Shown here: positions 54,634-63,994 of the stretch, piece by piece | How the letters are laid out: every line of letters starts with the position of its first letter | Position numbering within the stretch: position 1 is the first letter of the stretch | Translations under genes and position numbers: made by a program | From: Thermoflexales bacterium | GTDB lineage: Bacteria; Chloroflexota; Anaerolineae; Fen-1058 | DNA length: 64,000 nt | Direction of reading: 5' to 3' | Assembly (NCBI GenBank): GCA_041738395.1 | Contig: JBGSPW010000025.1 | Location: 4,100 to 68,099, forward strand | The notes under the pieces: generated by a model | Database searches by the model: none | Told to the model about the DNA's origin: nothing | The model's input: the letters and a program-made list of their open reading frames with translations, nothing else

Positions 54634-56051
54634 GGCTGGCGCTCGGGCGGTAACGGCTTGCCGCACTCGTCGCAAATCTCACCGCAGTCACGCCACTGAC
54701 CTTCCGTGTGCGTGACGGTCTCGTGATCGCACGAGCAGAACAGGCCGTCCACCTCCCAGACCTCATACCGACGGCCACCGTGGTGGTGTTCGTACACATG
54801 CGAAAAGGTGCTGTTGGCTTCTGCGGCAGCGGCGCACGCGTTGATCGCGTCCAGCAGGTTGTCAAACTCACCTGCTGGACCATCGTCCACACTGTAGGAG
54901 CCTTTGATCTCGGCGAGTTGCTCAGCGGACATATCCTCATAGGCGATGGAGACCCAGACCCAGGCCGCGACATACAATCCGGCATCTTCGCCGCGGCTAA
55001 ACACTGCTCCGTCGTCAATCTCGACACTGCCTTCGTGCTCGTACTGAGCACGTGCCGCTGCAATGATCTGCGCGCGGTTGACTTCATCGGGATCAGGTGT
55101 TGGCGTGGGTTTGCTTACCTTGGTGAGTAAGGCGTTCAGCGCATCCTGAGCATCACGGATATACGCCAGCAGATCGCTTTTCTTGTTGGCAGGATTCCAG
55201 GCCAGACAATCCAGCACATGGCATACATCGTCCGGGGTGATCGCGTCACCCTCATGAGTGTCTTCGTCCTCCATGTCCTCCTTGTTGTCAGAGACCGTGC
55301 TGCGCGTATGTTTCCGTGGAACGACCCCAACGCGACGCGCTGTCCCGCAGAGGGGAAACTCCCCGAGCGGGATCTGTTTCTTAGAAAACACCGCCGTGAA
55401 CTCTGCACCGTGCCCGCCGAGAAACCCTTCCCGATCGGCGAAGACCGCCGTCGTGCGATCCTCGTCCAGCCAGATCACCGGCCGGTCCGGCAAGCCACGC
55501 CACGTGGCCTGCGCCGTCTCGTATGCTGCACCGATCACCAGGTACGCCTGGCACGTGACAAACGCATCATCAACCACGATTAGCGGAGTGTCGGGATGCA
55601 ACGCGTTCCAGGCCGCGACCAGGCTCAGTGGGTCATGTCCGCCGGCATAGGCCGGATAGACCCTGAGACCGTCGGACGGCCTGGCTTGCGCCAGAAGCGC
55701 GTCGCGCTCGGCCTCGGCTTCAACTCGCAGCTGGTGTGGCGTCTGACCGTCGCGCCGCTGCACCGTCAGGATCAGGGGGCCGATACAGCGCTCCCAGCCA
55801 GGCGGGATTTGTTCCGTCAGCGGCGGCGCGATAAGCTCCATCTCCACGTAGTTGCGCCCTTGCTTTTCAAGGAACCACGCGGCCAGGAGTGCGGCCATGC
55901 TGCGCACGAAGGTTTCGCGCTTGCGTTTGGCCCGCATTTCGAGCGTGGCCTTACCAGATTCAACGTGCAGATCGACCGTTCCGAATTTCTTCATTTCACG
56001 CGACATCCGCGTGAAATGATGCTCCGCCAGCCTCCGGTAACCACGCTTCAT
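54630..56051 (-). CDS. hypothetical protein (473 aa) with C-terminal Cys cluster
   Basis: ATGA overlap with the upstream stop. The middle region is similar to 57209..57751. Confidence 0.55.
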   Translation of the reverse strand: MKRGYRRLAEHHFTRMSREMKKFGTVDLHVESGKATLEMRAKRKRETFVRSMAALLAAWFLEKQGRNYVEMELIAPPLTEQIPPGWERCIGPLILTVQRRDGQTPHQLRVEAEAERDALLAQARPSDGLRVYPAYAGGHDPLSLVAAWNALHPDTPLIVVDDAFVTCQAYLVIGAAYETAQATWRGLPDRPVIWLDEDRTTAVFADREGFLGGHGAEFTAVFSKKQIPLGEFPLCGTARRVGVVPRKHTRSTVSDNKEDMEDEDTHEGDAITPDDVCHVLDCLAWNPANKKSDLLAYIRDAQDALNALLTKVSKPTPTPDPDEVNRAQIIAAARAQYEHEGSVEIDDGAVFSRGEDAGLYVAAWVWVSIAYEDMSAEQLAEIKGSYSVDDGPAGEFDNLLDAINACAAAAEANSTFSHVYEHHHGGRRYEVWEVDGLFCSCDHETVTHTEGQWRDCGEICDECGKPLPPERQP

Positions 56052-56419
56052 GACGTCACCGCCACTGCCGACAAAGCCAGCATATCGGTCACAAGGCTGA
56101 AAGCGGCGGCTACTTCTTCGTCGCTCGACGGCGTTTCCAACAACTGCACTGTCTCGATCGTGCCCAGCGCAGCCTGAATCTCTTCCCGCAACGCGCGATC
56201 GATGTGACTCGATTCGGCGTCCATGGCCAGTGTTTCTGCCAAGACCGACCACGCCGTCACCGGCAGGATGATCGCCACCTTATCGGGATCGATCAGGCGT
56301 GCCGTGTCTTCCACCGCCGCCTTGAAACGATCAAATCCCGCGGGCGCGATCTTGACGAAGAAGCGCCCGAGATAGGCGTCATCGATCAACGTTCGACACA
56401 CTTGCAACAAATTGCTCAT
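56048..56419 (-). CDS. hypothetical protein (123 aa)
   Basis: AAAGGAGG SD precedes the ATG at 56419. Confidence 0.5.
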   Translation of the reverse strand: MSNLLQVCRTLIDDAYLGRFFVKIAPAGFDRFKAAVEDTARLIDPDKVAIILPVTAWSVLAETLAMDAESSHIDRALREEIQAALGTIETVQLLETPSSDEEVAAAFSLVTDMLALSAVAVTS

Positions 56420-56487
56420 AGAGTCCTCCTTTTGTCCGCCCCATTCGGACGAACACATCGTGATTCGCGCGGTCTGCGCGAACTCTT

Positions 56488-56946
56488 TCAAAACAACGCC
56501 AGTTGGCCGTGCTTGCCGCCCAGATGGGCCGCGTGCTCGGCCAGCCAGTCAGCCACCTCATCAGGTGACCACATCCGCACCACGCCGCGATCTTCGAGCC
56601 GCCGGAACAACATCACTAGCAGGGCCATCGCCGACGTGAACGCCAGGGCTTCCTCATCTTCGGGATATTCGGCTGTCATGATCATTTTTTCGTAATCTTG
56701 ATCAACCTCGTGCAACCGATCCAGAATAGCGTCGAGCGTCTCGTCTTGCGACAGCAGACAGACAAACCGATCAGCGTACTCCTCGGCCAGTTCCATCAGC
56801 CTGATGTTGCGCAACACGCACCACGTCTGTTCGTATTCCCGGCTCAGGTCGTCAGGTTCAACAGCCTGGCCCCGTGGGAGCGTGTCAACGAGCTGCCGAT
56901 AGATGCCTTCCAGTAGGGAGGCACTATCAAGCAGATTGCTAAACAT
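56488..56946 (-). CDS. hypothetical acidic protein (152 aa)
   Basis: The start overlaps the end of the upstream gene by 8 nt. Confidence 0.45.
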   Translation of the reverse strand: MFSNLLDSASLLEGIYRQLVDTLPRGQAVEPDDLSREYEQTWCVLRNIRLMELAEEYADRFVCLLSQDETLDAILDRLHEVDQDYEKMIMTAEYPEDEEALAFTSAMALLVMLFRRLEDRGVVRMWSPDEVADWLAEHAAHLGGKHGQLALF

Positions 56947-57157
56947 CGCCGGCCTCACTTGGCAACACAGTCAGCAACGTGTCGCCGCGCTTGCTGCCCG
57001 TTCCCCAGCTGCCCAAGCGAATCGCATAGCGCTCGTCGAGCGGATAGGTCGGGTCACGGTAGATCTTTTCCACTGTCTCGCCGTGGTAGGTGACTGCCGG
57101 CCGTTGTTCGGCGGGCAGTGCCAGATACGCGGCAATGGTCATCGTCGTTATGGGCAT
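56939..57157 (-). CDS. hypothetical protein (72 aa)
   Basis: AGGAGG SD precedes the ATG at 57157. Confidence 0.45.
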   Translation of the reverse strand: MPITTMTIAAYLALPAEQRPAVTYHGETVEKIYRDPTYPLDERYAIRLGSWGTGSKRGDTLLTVLPSEAGDV

Positions 57158-57208
57158 AGCCACCTCCTGAAAAACTTCGTAACCGACCACGAGATCGATG
57201 ACGAAGCG

Positions 57209-57751
57209 CTACTGGCCAGTCGTAATCGCTGGGACTGGCAACGGCTCCTCAACGAGATAAGCGCCCCGCTGGAGCCGATCGAGCAGCACACGCAAGTCAT
57301 GGAGCTCAGACTGATACGCGTACGCTTCACCTTCGCCGGCATCGACGACCGACGAAGCGTCATCAAGCGCGCTCAGCACTCCAGTCAGTTTCTCGACCAG
57401 TGCCTGGCGGGACAGGGTGCCATACACCACGCGCAACAGATCTTCCAGCGTGAGGCTGGTCTGGCTCATGAAGCCGCTGATCGCGCCATAAACCTCTGGG
57501 CCACCATCCGCCCAAATGACAGGTAGATCAGGCCAGGGCTTCGCGCTGGCGCGCCGGTCGGCAAACACCTCGTCCGCCAGATCAGCCGACGCGCCAACAA
57601 CGAGATAGACTTGCGCACCCTGCGGCCTGGCCGCGATGATCAACGGGTGCTCGGGGTGCAACTGCCCCCACGCATGGACAAACTCGGCCAGCGCTTCGTC
57701 CGGCTGGTCAGCCTCGACATTGATGGGATAGAAAACCAACGGTCTCTTCAT
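57209..57751 (-). CDS. hypothetical protein (180 aa)
   Basis: AAAGGAG SD. First gene after repeat copy D. Confidence 0.55.
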   Translation of the reverse strand: MKRPLVFYPINVEADQPDEALAEFVHAWGQLHPEHPLIIAARPQGAQVYLVVGASADLADEVFADRRASAKPWPDLPVIWADGGPEVYGAISGFMSQTSLTLEDLLRVVYGTLSRQALVEKLTGVLSALDDASSVVDAGEGEAYAYQSELHDLRVLLDRLQRGAYLVEEPLPVPAITTGQ

Positions 57752-57898
57752 AGGGCTCCTTTCCTGCTCGCTTACGCGAGCGCATCGTTATTTTTCGGCA
57801 AGAGCACAGGGCGCCAGAAACAGCATGGCGCGCATCGTGAGGTGGATCGACATGGTGCCGGCCAGTGGCAAAGAACCGCTGACCGTCGGAAACGACGA

Positions 57899-58003
57899 GA
57901 TAGATACAGGGTGAGGCACGTGGTGAGCATCGAGGATGCTCAAGGTAGATGCAGACTCAATACTCATCAAAGAGGATGAACAATGAGAACGAAAGAATGA
58001 AGG
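57899..58003 (-). repeat. structured intergenic element, copy D
   Basis: Nearly identical to copy A, except hairpin 1 is GAGCATC-gag-GATGCTC (compensated, short loop). Confidence 0.8.
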
Positions 58004-58091
58004 GCGACGGCCAGTGCGCTGTTTCCACAGAAACACCCGCCGGGCGTCAGCCACCGCGCAGCGGTTATCCCGTGACCAATGAAGAGATTGG

Positions 58092-58335
58092 CCTACCGCA
58101 CGAATGAGGTGCGGTAGGTTCCAAAGTCAGTGGCGCTGCCACAGCGCGCCCTCCGCGGGATACCTCCAGGGAGGTTGATCTGAAGTTGATCCAGATCAAC
58201 AATTCTGGAAAAAGATCAACTTTGCAAGGTTGCGCGGGGCATTCTGCAAGGTTCTGCCGCCCATTTTGCAACAGCGTGCCCATTTTGCGGCCTCGGCGTC
58301 CTGTTTTGCGGCGTTCCGGGGCTTGCTTTTCGGCA
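58092..58335. promoter_or_regulatory. non-coding cis-site cluster: hairpin, four GTTGATC/GATCAAC boxes, short direct repeats (candidate parS / origin / oriT)
   Basis: CCTACCGCAC..GTGCGGTAGG hairpin. GTTGATC x2 then GATCAAC x2 at 58174..58220. tgcaaggtt x2, cccattttgc x2 and ttttgcgg x2 at 58220..58335. Confidence 0.5.
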
Positions 58336-58384
58336 GGTCCGTCCGTCACGACGGGAGGTCATCCCGCCACCTCACCTGTATCCA

Positions 58385-58909
58385 TCACGCCCCCGCATCG
58401 CTCAGCGAGTCGGGATACAGCTCCTCGAACGTCGGTTCGCGCTTCAACAAGCGAACCAGCAAATCGCGTTCAGCCTGCCACTTCTTCTCCAGCCGGCGCA
58501 CTTCGACCCGTGGACGCTCGCCGTCCGCCGTGAGGCTTTCCGGCGACAGGTGGTTTTCCACAACTCGGAACAACAAGAGAATCTCCTCAGTCATGAGTTC
58601 TGGAGGCCTGCCCAGGGTCACTTCCGTCACACCCTCATCGGTGATGATCTGCACCAGCACCGCGCGGTAGTGACGCAGGTGGGCTTTCAAGTAGGCCAGC
58701 GTGTAGTTCGGATCAATTCCGAACAACGCCGCAATCCAAAAGTTCAACGCGACCTCTCGCCCAAAGATGAAGGGTTCGTCCACGGCGATTGCTTCGGGGC
58801 GAGCCACGTCGACGGCCGCTGCGATGATTTTCTTGACCGCAAAGATGCTGCCCATTTCCCAGAGATTAGGCTGGTAGGCAGTCGAGATTTTGACGTGCAA
58901 GATATGCAT
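58385..58909 (-). CDS. hypothetical protein (174 aa)
   Basis: AAGGAGG SD precedes the ATG at 58909. Confidence 0.55.
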   Translation of the reverse strand: MHILHVKISTAYQPNLWEMGSIFAVKKIIAAAVDVARPEAIAVDEPFIFGREVALNFWIAALFGIDPNYTLAYLKAHLRHYRAVLVQIITDEGVTEVTLGRPPELMTEEILLLFRVVENHLSPESLTADGERPRVEVRRLEKKWQAERDLLVRLLKREPTFEELYPDSLSDAGA

Positions 58910-58939
58910 AGTAACCTCCTTGAACATGGTGTGTTCATA

Positions 58940-58976
58940 CGCAAAAGCCCTACCGCATCAAAACGATGCGGTAGGG
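58940..58976 (-). terminator. rho-independent terminator (12-bp stem CCCTACCGCATC/GATGCGGTAGGG + CTTTTG)
   Basis: Read directly. Downstream of the HTH / small-TM gene pair. Confidence 0.6.
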
Positions 58977-58993
58977 TTGATCGTTGATTCGTC

Positions 58994-59122
58994 TTACTGC
59001 CCAATCGGCAACAACAAGCCGCGGGCGGCGCACCACACCAGCAACACCACCAGACTGATGAGCGCGCAACCGCAGGACAGGCGCTGCCGTTCTTTCTGAT
59101 GCTTCAAAGGAAAACGGCTCAT
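58994..59122 (-). CDS. 42-aa membrane peptide (below the ORF-track cutoff)
   Basis: TGATG overlap with the HTH gene stop. Hydrophobic core LISLVVLLVWCAA. Confidence 0.35.
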   Translation of the reverse strand: MSRFPLKHQKERQRLSCGCALISLVVLLVWCAARGLLLPIGQ

Positions 59123-59328
59123 CACTCGCCTGCGTCTTCGACTGCTTCGCCGCCGCTTTCCGCGCGCGGAGCCACGCGGTGATGAATGAGCATTTGATCC
59201 AGATCCTGCGGATCGACCCGAATGACATCGCCGATGCGCACAGCCGGCAGAATACCGCTTTCGATCCAACGCAGGACCGTGCGCTTGGAGACACTCATGC
59301 GGCGTGCGACCTCGGCCAGGCTCAGCAT
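59122..59328 (-). CDS. excisionase/MerR-type helix-turn-helix DNA-binding protein
   Basis: LSLAEVARRMSVSKRTVLRWIESGILPAVRIG..IRV is typical of the excisionase-family HTH. Confidence 0.7.
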   Translation of the reverse strand: MLSLAEVARRMSVSKRTVLRWIESGILPAVRIGDVIRVDPQDLDQMLIHHRVAPRAESGGEAVEDAGE

Positions 59329-59354
59329 CGCCGGTGGTGCATTGAAGGATGTAT

Positions 59355-61160
59355 TTATTTCTTCACCTCTTTCTTCGTAACCTTCTTCGCGGTCGGCTTC
59401 GCCGATTTCTTCGCCGTCGCTTTGCTCGACTGGCCGGGCTTGACCTGCGCGCGACATTCGTCCGAGCATGTCACCGTGCCGTTCGCGGCCGTCTGCCAGC
59501 CCTCTTCTTCATCACGCTTGGTGATATGATCCAGGCTGGTGAATTCACCACACACCCAGCAATTCGCTTCGGTGTGATGAAGCGGCGGCTTGTTCCACCC
59601 CGTCGGCAATTTAAGACCCAGTTCTTCGGCCAGTTCCTCGACCTTCGCCTCGACGTGATCCCAGATGTAGATCTGCTTCGGCTCGTAGTGGCTGCACTTC
59701 TCATTCAGCAGACTGAGCAGAATCAACCGACGGCGCAAATCTTCGGCGTTTTTGTCAGACACCGTTTCGGCCGTCTTTTCTATGGCCTTGATCACGTCTT
59801 CGATTTCCACCCAATGCCCGTTCGGGCGCACCCGGCTGCACACAAACTCGCTCAGATACGCGAGCGTGGCGCCGCTGGCCGTTAACTGCCCGGCCAGAAT
59901 CTCAGCCGTGTGCACGCCCAGCCAGGACACGTCAGCTTTGGCCTTGCGCGCCAACGCGCGTTCGGCTCGATTTTCGTCTCGCTGCTTTTCCTCAGCGGCC
60001 TGGCGTTTCGCTTTTTGTTCCGGCGATTCATCGGCCGGCGGTGCAGGCTGTGGGTCTTTGGCGCGACTGGTCAGCAGTTTCTCGATGTCACTGGCGGTTG
60101 AGGCCAGCGTGACCACCGTCGACTTGAGCAGTTCTTTATCCTGCCAGCCCGTATGCCACCCGGCAGGCAGCGGCACGATCCGCAAATGCTCCGGACGTGG
60201 CTTCGCCTTCAACCAGGTCGTGATGCGCGGCGCCGTCGAATATTCAATTTTGAACGGCGTCACCTTTTCATCCGGCCCGGCCAGCGGAATCTTGAGCGCG
60301 TGCGAGACACGCTGCAATTCTTCCTGCACGAACCACCAGCCTTTCGCCTCGTGACAAGTCTTGTCAGAGCAATACCAGGTTTGGCCGATACGCATCGAGC
60401 ACGGACAGCCTTCACAGGCGCGCACTTCGACGCCGCCTGTAGTCTGGCCAGCAGTGACGGTCGTCGGCGCTGCCGGCCACTGGGCACTCCACCCATATTG
60501 AATCTGGATGGCATTGTGATTGATGGCCTGCTCAACGATTCGATCCACATGATCGGGATCGGCCGCGATCTCTTTGGCCGCTGTCATGACGGCCGCTGGT
60601 TTGATCCTGGCCAGGGGCACCAGCCGCCGGGCCGTGCCCTGCGAAATTTGGTTTTGCCCTTCACCGATCATATCCAACACCTCAGTCGGCAAGGCCAGCA
60701 GCCGCTTGAGATTAGCGACCGTCGTACGCGCCTTGCCCACCCGCTGCGCAATCTGCTCGTCGCTATACCCATACTTCGTGGACAGCGCTTGATAGGCGCG
60801 CGCTTCTTCGGCGGCGCTCAGGTTCTCACGCTGCACGTTTTCGATCAGCGCGATTTCGGCCCGGGCACGATCATCCACCTGCCGTCTCACGATGGCAGGA
60901 ATAACTTCCAACCCGGCCAGCTGGGCGGCGCGCCAGCGGCGCTCACCGGCCAGTAGGACGAAATGATCGGTGCTGCCATTGGGCGTGACCACCACCGGTT
61001 GAATCAGGCTATGCTCACGAATCGAGTCAGCCAGTTCCTGCAGCGCCACTTCATCAAACTCAGTGCGCGGCTGATCGGGATTGGGCGAGATCGCTTTCAC
61101 GGGGATCTCCCACAATTCGGGTTGATTTTGCTCCATCAAGGGCTCATTAGTTTTAGTCAT
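59355..61160 (-). CDS. ParB/Spo0J-like nuclease-domain protein with long C-terminal extension (the N-terminus may extend, see findings)
   Basis: ISPNPDQPR, LIQPVVV, LLAGERRWRAAQLAG, plus HTH region. AGGAGG SD precedes the ATG at 61160. The ORF stays open upstream to 61517. Confidence 0.75.
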   Translation of the reverse strand: MTKTNEPLMEQNQPELWEIPVKAISPNPDQPRTEFDEVALQELADSIREHSLIQPVVVTPNGSTDHFVLLAGERRWRAAQLAGLEVIPAIVRRQVDDRARAEIALIENVQRENLSAAEEARAYQALSTKYGYSDEQIAQRVGKARTTVANLKRLLALPTEVLDMIGEGQNQISQGTARRLVPLARIKPAAVMTAAKEIAADPDHVDRIVEQAINHNAIQIQYGWSAQWPAAPTTVTAGQTTGGVEVRACEGCPCSMRIGQTWYCSDKTCHEAKGWWFVQEELQRVSHALKIPLAGPDEKVTPFKIEYSTAPRITTWLKAKPRPEHLRIVPLPAGWHTGWQDKELLKSTVVTLASTASDIEKLLTSRAKDPQPAPPADESPEQKAKRQAAEEKQRDENRAERALARKAKADVSWLGVHTAEILAGQLTASGATLAYLSEFVCSRVRPNGHWVEIEDVIKAIEKTAETVSDKNAEDLRRRLILLSLLNEKCSHYEPKQIYIWDHVEAKVEELAEELGLKLPTGWNKPPLHHTEANCWVCGEFTSLDHITKRDEEEGWQTAANGTVTCSDECRAQVKPGQSSKATAKKSAKPTAKKVTKKEVKK

Positions 61161-61589
61161 CGTGACCTCCTGTACAGGGTGTTCGTTTTCTTCGTTCCTA
61201 TCTTCATCGGGGACGAGGCCTCGCACACGCGCAATGGCAGTGCGTATGCGACGGGCCAGTGCCGGGTCATCACGCGCAACATGTTCGATCACGCGCTCGA
61301 GACTGCTCTCGCCGAGATGCAGCAAGCCGTCAAGGCCGTTATCTACCCAGCGGGTGTACCAGCGGCAGAGTGAATCCTCGCTGACGTGCAACGCCGCGAC
61401 GCTCTGCGTTTCTTCACGTGGTTTGCCGGCGGCATACCACAGGATGAACTGCGCGCGTTGCCCATGCCCAACGCTCCACAGGAGCGTTGGTGGGCCGCTG
61501 GGCGTGCCGATTTGAAATTACGCGGCTGCGCAGCAATTCTTCCTAAGATACGCACCTCGTCTGGATCGGGCACGCTACGCGTATCCCGC

Positions 61590-62096
61590 TCATTCCACGG
61601 GATCGGCAACAGGTTTGGCTGGCTCATCTTCGGCCTCTAGCATGGTGTGATATTTCCGGCCTGTCTGGCGGGGCGTCTTCCGCGCGCCGCCTTCGATCTT
61701 CTCGCGCAGCCACCGACGAAATCGCCGCAGCTCTTCAGCTTGCTGGCGATTCAGTTCGATCGGTTGCGATAGGCCGATGGCTTCCAGCGCGGATTGCCCG
61801 TCAGTCAAAAACCAACGCGGCAAAACGCGCTCGCCCAGGTGCAGCATGATGTCGGCCCAATCACGATCGAGGGGAGCCTCCAGACTGACGCACGAAAGAT
61901 AGCCCAGGGCTTCTTCTTCGGAAGCCAGTGGGCGTTCCTCCTGATCCTTGAGGCCGCGCATGACTTGCGTCCAGCGGATCACGGACATATGCTCGACCAG
62001 CCGGAGCGGGAAGTCCCAACTGTTTAGATGTGGCGAGATGAGGGGGCCGCTGAGATAACGCATTTCCGAATTGGTCAGAAATCCAGTCGAGGGCAT
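61590..62096 (-). CDS. hypothetical protein (168 aa)
   Basis: AAAGGAG SD precedes the ATG at 62096. Confidence 0.5.
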   Translation of the reverse strand: MPSTGFLTNSEMRYLSGPLISPHLNSWDFPLRLVEHMSVIRWTQVMRGLKDQEERPLASEEEALGYLSCVSLEAPLDRDWADIMLHLGERVLPRWFLTDGQSALEAIGLSQPIELNRQQAEELRRFRRWLREKIEGGARKTPRQTGRKYHTMLEAEDEPAKPVADPVE

Positions 62097-62170
62097 GGCA
62101 TACTCCTTTCCCACTTTGCAGTGTGCAGAGTCAATCAATCGGGAGCTGGACGGCCAGCTCCCGATTCGCC

Positions 62171-62425
62171 TCAGAAGATATTTCTCTGGTTGCGATCGGC
62201 CTTGATCGGCGTGAGGTAGAACACCTCGCCTTCTTCCGGGCAATCGTCGGCCTGCACGATACGAACACGCCCGAAATGGCGCCAATCGACAACCAGGCCG
62301 GAGTCAAGTGCAGCGTTCAGCATCTCGGAGATGCCGTCACGTTGTTCGTCTTCACTCCAGTTGGCGGCCACCGCAACTTCCAATTTGACGATGCGAACCC
62401 TCTGGTGAGGCTGCACAGCAAACAT
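62171..62425 (-). CDS. hypothetical protein (84 aa)
   Basis: Starts 2 nt after the upstream stop. Confidence 0.45.
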   Translation of the reverse strand: MFAVQPHQRVRIVKLEVAVAANWSEDEQRDGISEMLNAALDSGLVVDWRHFGRVRIVQADDCPEEGEVFYLTPIKADRNQRNIF

Positions 62426-62427
62426 GG

Positions 62428-62943
62428 CTAAGCGCCCGCCGCGTAAGTCAGCGGATGTTCAGCCAGAAACGCAGCGCGCGCCTCCGAAGAGACAAACGCC
62501 GTGCGGACTTCCGCATGATAGGCGGCGGCGTCTGGCGGCAAACTCGTCAACCACTTTTCCCGCGCCGCCCGCAAGCGGGTGACGCGATACTGGAAGTAGT
62601 GCGTGCTGTTGCTGAGGCACTCCCAACGGCCATCCACAACGCGTGTGTGATCGTTACAGATCGGGCACGGCCCCGTGGTGTACTTGAGGGCGCTGCCATC
62701 CGGCGCCGGCGGCCCGCCCGCTTTGAGATAAACCTTGACGGCGTGCTTACCGCGGCAATTGGTCGCACCGCAATTGCAGGTGCGATCCTTCAAGACCAGG
62801 TGAAAACGCGGCGTGCGACGCGGGCCAAGATCGACTTGATACCCGCCGGTGATCAACATGATGATTGGATAGTGCGGCGGTAACGCTACGGGCGGCCAGA
62901 CCGTCCGTCCAGTGGACTTCGTCGGTGTCAGTATCTGGAGCAT
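62428..62943 (-). CDS. Cys/His-rich (SWIM-like) zinc-finger protein
   Basis: CNCGATNCRGKH and CPICN..C motifs. AGGAGG SD precedes the ATG at 62943. Confidence 0.5.
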   Translation of the reverse strand: MLQILTPTKSTGRTVWPPVALPPHYPIIMLITGGYQVDLGPRRTPRFHLVLKDRTCNCGATNCRGKHAVKVYLKAGGPPAPDGSALKYTTGPCPICNDHTRVVDGRWECLSNSTHYFQYRVTRLRAAREKWLTSLPPDAAAYHAEVRTAFVSSEARAAFLAEHPLTYAAGA

Positions 62944-63055
62944 AGGAACCTCCTGAACATCGTAGTGAAACGGCAAAAGCCGGAGTTAAACCACCTCCGG
63001 CTTTCGGGTACATAGTGCGAATCAGATGTTGGCGTTCTAGTCCAAGACAGATCGT

Positions 63056-63451
63056 CTAGAACGGAATTTCATCCACGCTGCCAACCGGCGCATCGTCGTC
63101 GGACTTGCCGCCGTTGCCATTGCCGTTACCATCGGCCAACAGCGTGAGCGAGTCGGCCCACAACGTCGTCCAGTATTTCTTCTGGCCGTGCTCATCTTCG
63201 CGGCTCGTCGTCTTCAACTTGCCTTCGATGAGCACGCCCTTACCCTTCTTGAGATACTGCACGAGTTTGTCTACGCCTTCGCCCATTTTGGCGACGTTGA
63301 ACCACTCGGTGTGAATGTTGTCGCCATGGCCGGTCGAGACCGCCAGTGAGAACATCAACATTGCCTTACCGGACTGCGTGGTCTTGAGTTCTGCGTCCTT
63401 GCCCAAGTTGCCCAGCACGATGATGCGTTGATAACCATTCTTTTGACCCAT
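63056..63451 (-). CDS. ssb: single-stranded DNA-binding protein
   Basis: OB-fold N-terminus IIVLGNLGKDAELK, Gly-rich linker, acidic tip DEIPF. Confidence 0.9.
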   Translation of the reverse strand: MGQKNGYQRIIVLGNLGKDAELKTTQSGKAMLMFSLAVSTGHGDNIHTEWFNVAKMGEGVDKLVQYLKKGKGVLIEGKLKTTSREDEHGQKKYWTTLWADSLTLLADGNGNGNGGKSDDDAPVGSVDEIPF

Positions 63452-63538
63452 AGGGTGCCTCCTCGTTGAGTAGATGTTGATGATCGAGCTAACCCGAAGG
63501 GTCGCCTCGATCGCCAGATACCTATTCGCTAAACGTCG

Positions 63539-63994
63539 TTAAGCCGCGACCGCAGCCGGCTGATGCTTGAGCTGCGTGTACCAGGCCTTGAGCGACACCG
63601 CGCTGGCCGGCGGCAGTCCGTGATTCTGCTCCACAAAGAGATCGTAGACTCTGCGGGTGTCCGGATTGTCAGGTGCGGTGGTGAAGTCGCAATACATCTT
63701 CTTCCACACGCGCAACGCATTGGGCGAGGCCGGGGTGACTTGATAGACCTGCCGATATTCTGCAAAGGTCTCGCGCTCGACTTTGTTCAACGAGAGCGGT
63801 GTGTCGTCACCGTAAAACAGCGACTGCACCTTCTCCGCGACTTCAGTCGCGTCACGTGTGGCAGCGCTGGAGGCGACCAGATCGCCGTCGTCGCGGCCTA
63901 ACGCGCGTTTGCCTTTTTCGAGGGCATCCGGCGCAACCGGGCGCAGGCGCTTGAATTCGTTGTCGAAGTACCCTTTCACCACCGCCGCTTCCAT
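63539..63994 (-). CDS. hypothetical protein (reading frame remains open to the window end)
   Basis: 151-aa ORF. No motif recognised. Confidence 0.45.
   Translation of the reverse strand: MEAAVVKGYFDNEFKRLRPVAPDALEKGKRALGRDDGDLVASSAATRDATEVAEKVQSLFYGDDTPLSLNKVERETFAEYRQVYQVTPASPNALRVWKKMYCDFTTAPDNPDTRRVYDLFVEQNHGLPPASAVSLKAWYTQLKHQPAAVAA

Noticed and set aside
58065-58349. 94-aa minus-strand ORF in the iteron/palindrome region
   Set aside because: It has no RBS and a low-complexity Arg/Gly-rich sequence, and it overlaps the repeat cluster. It is more likely non-coding.
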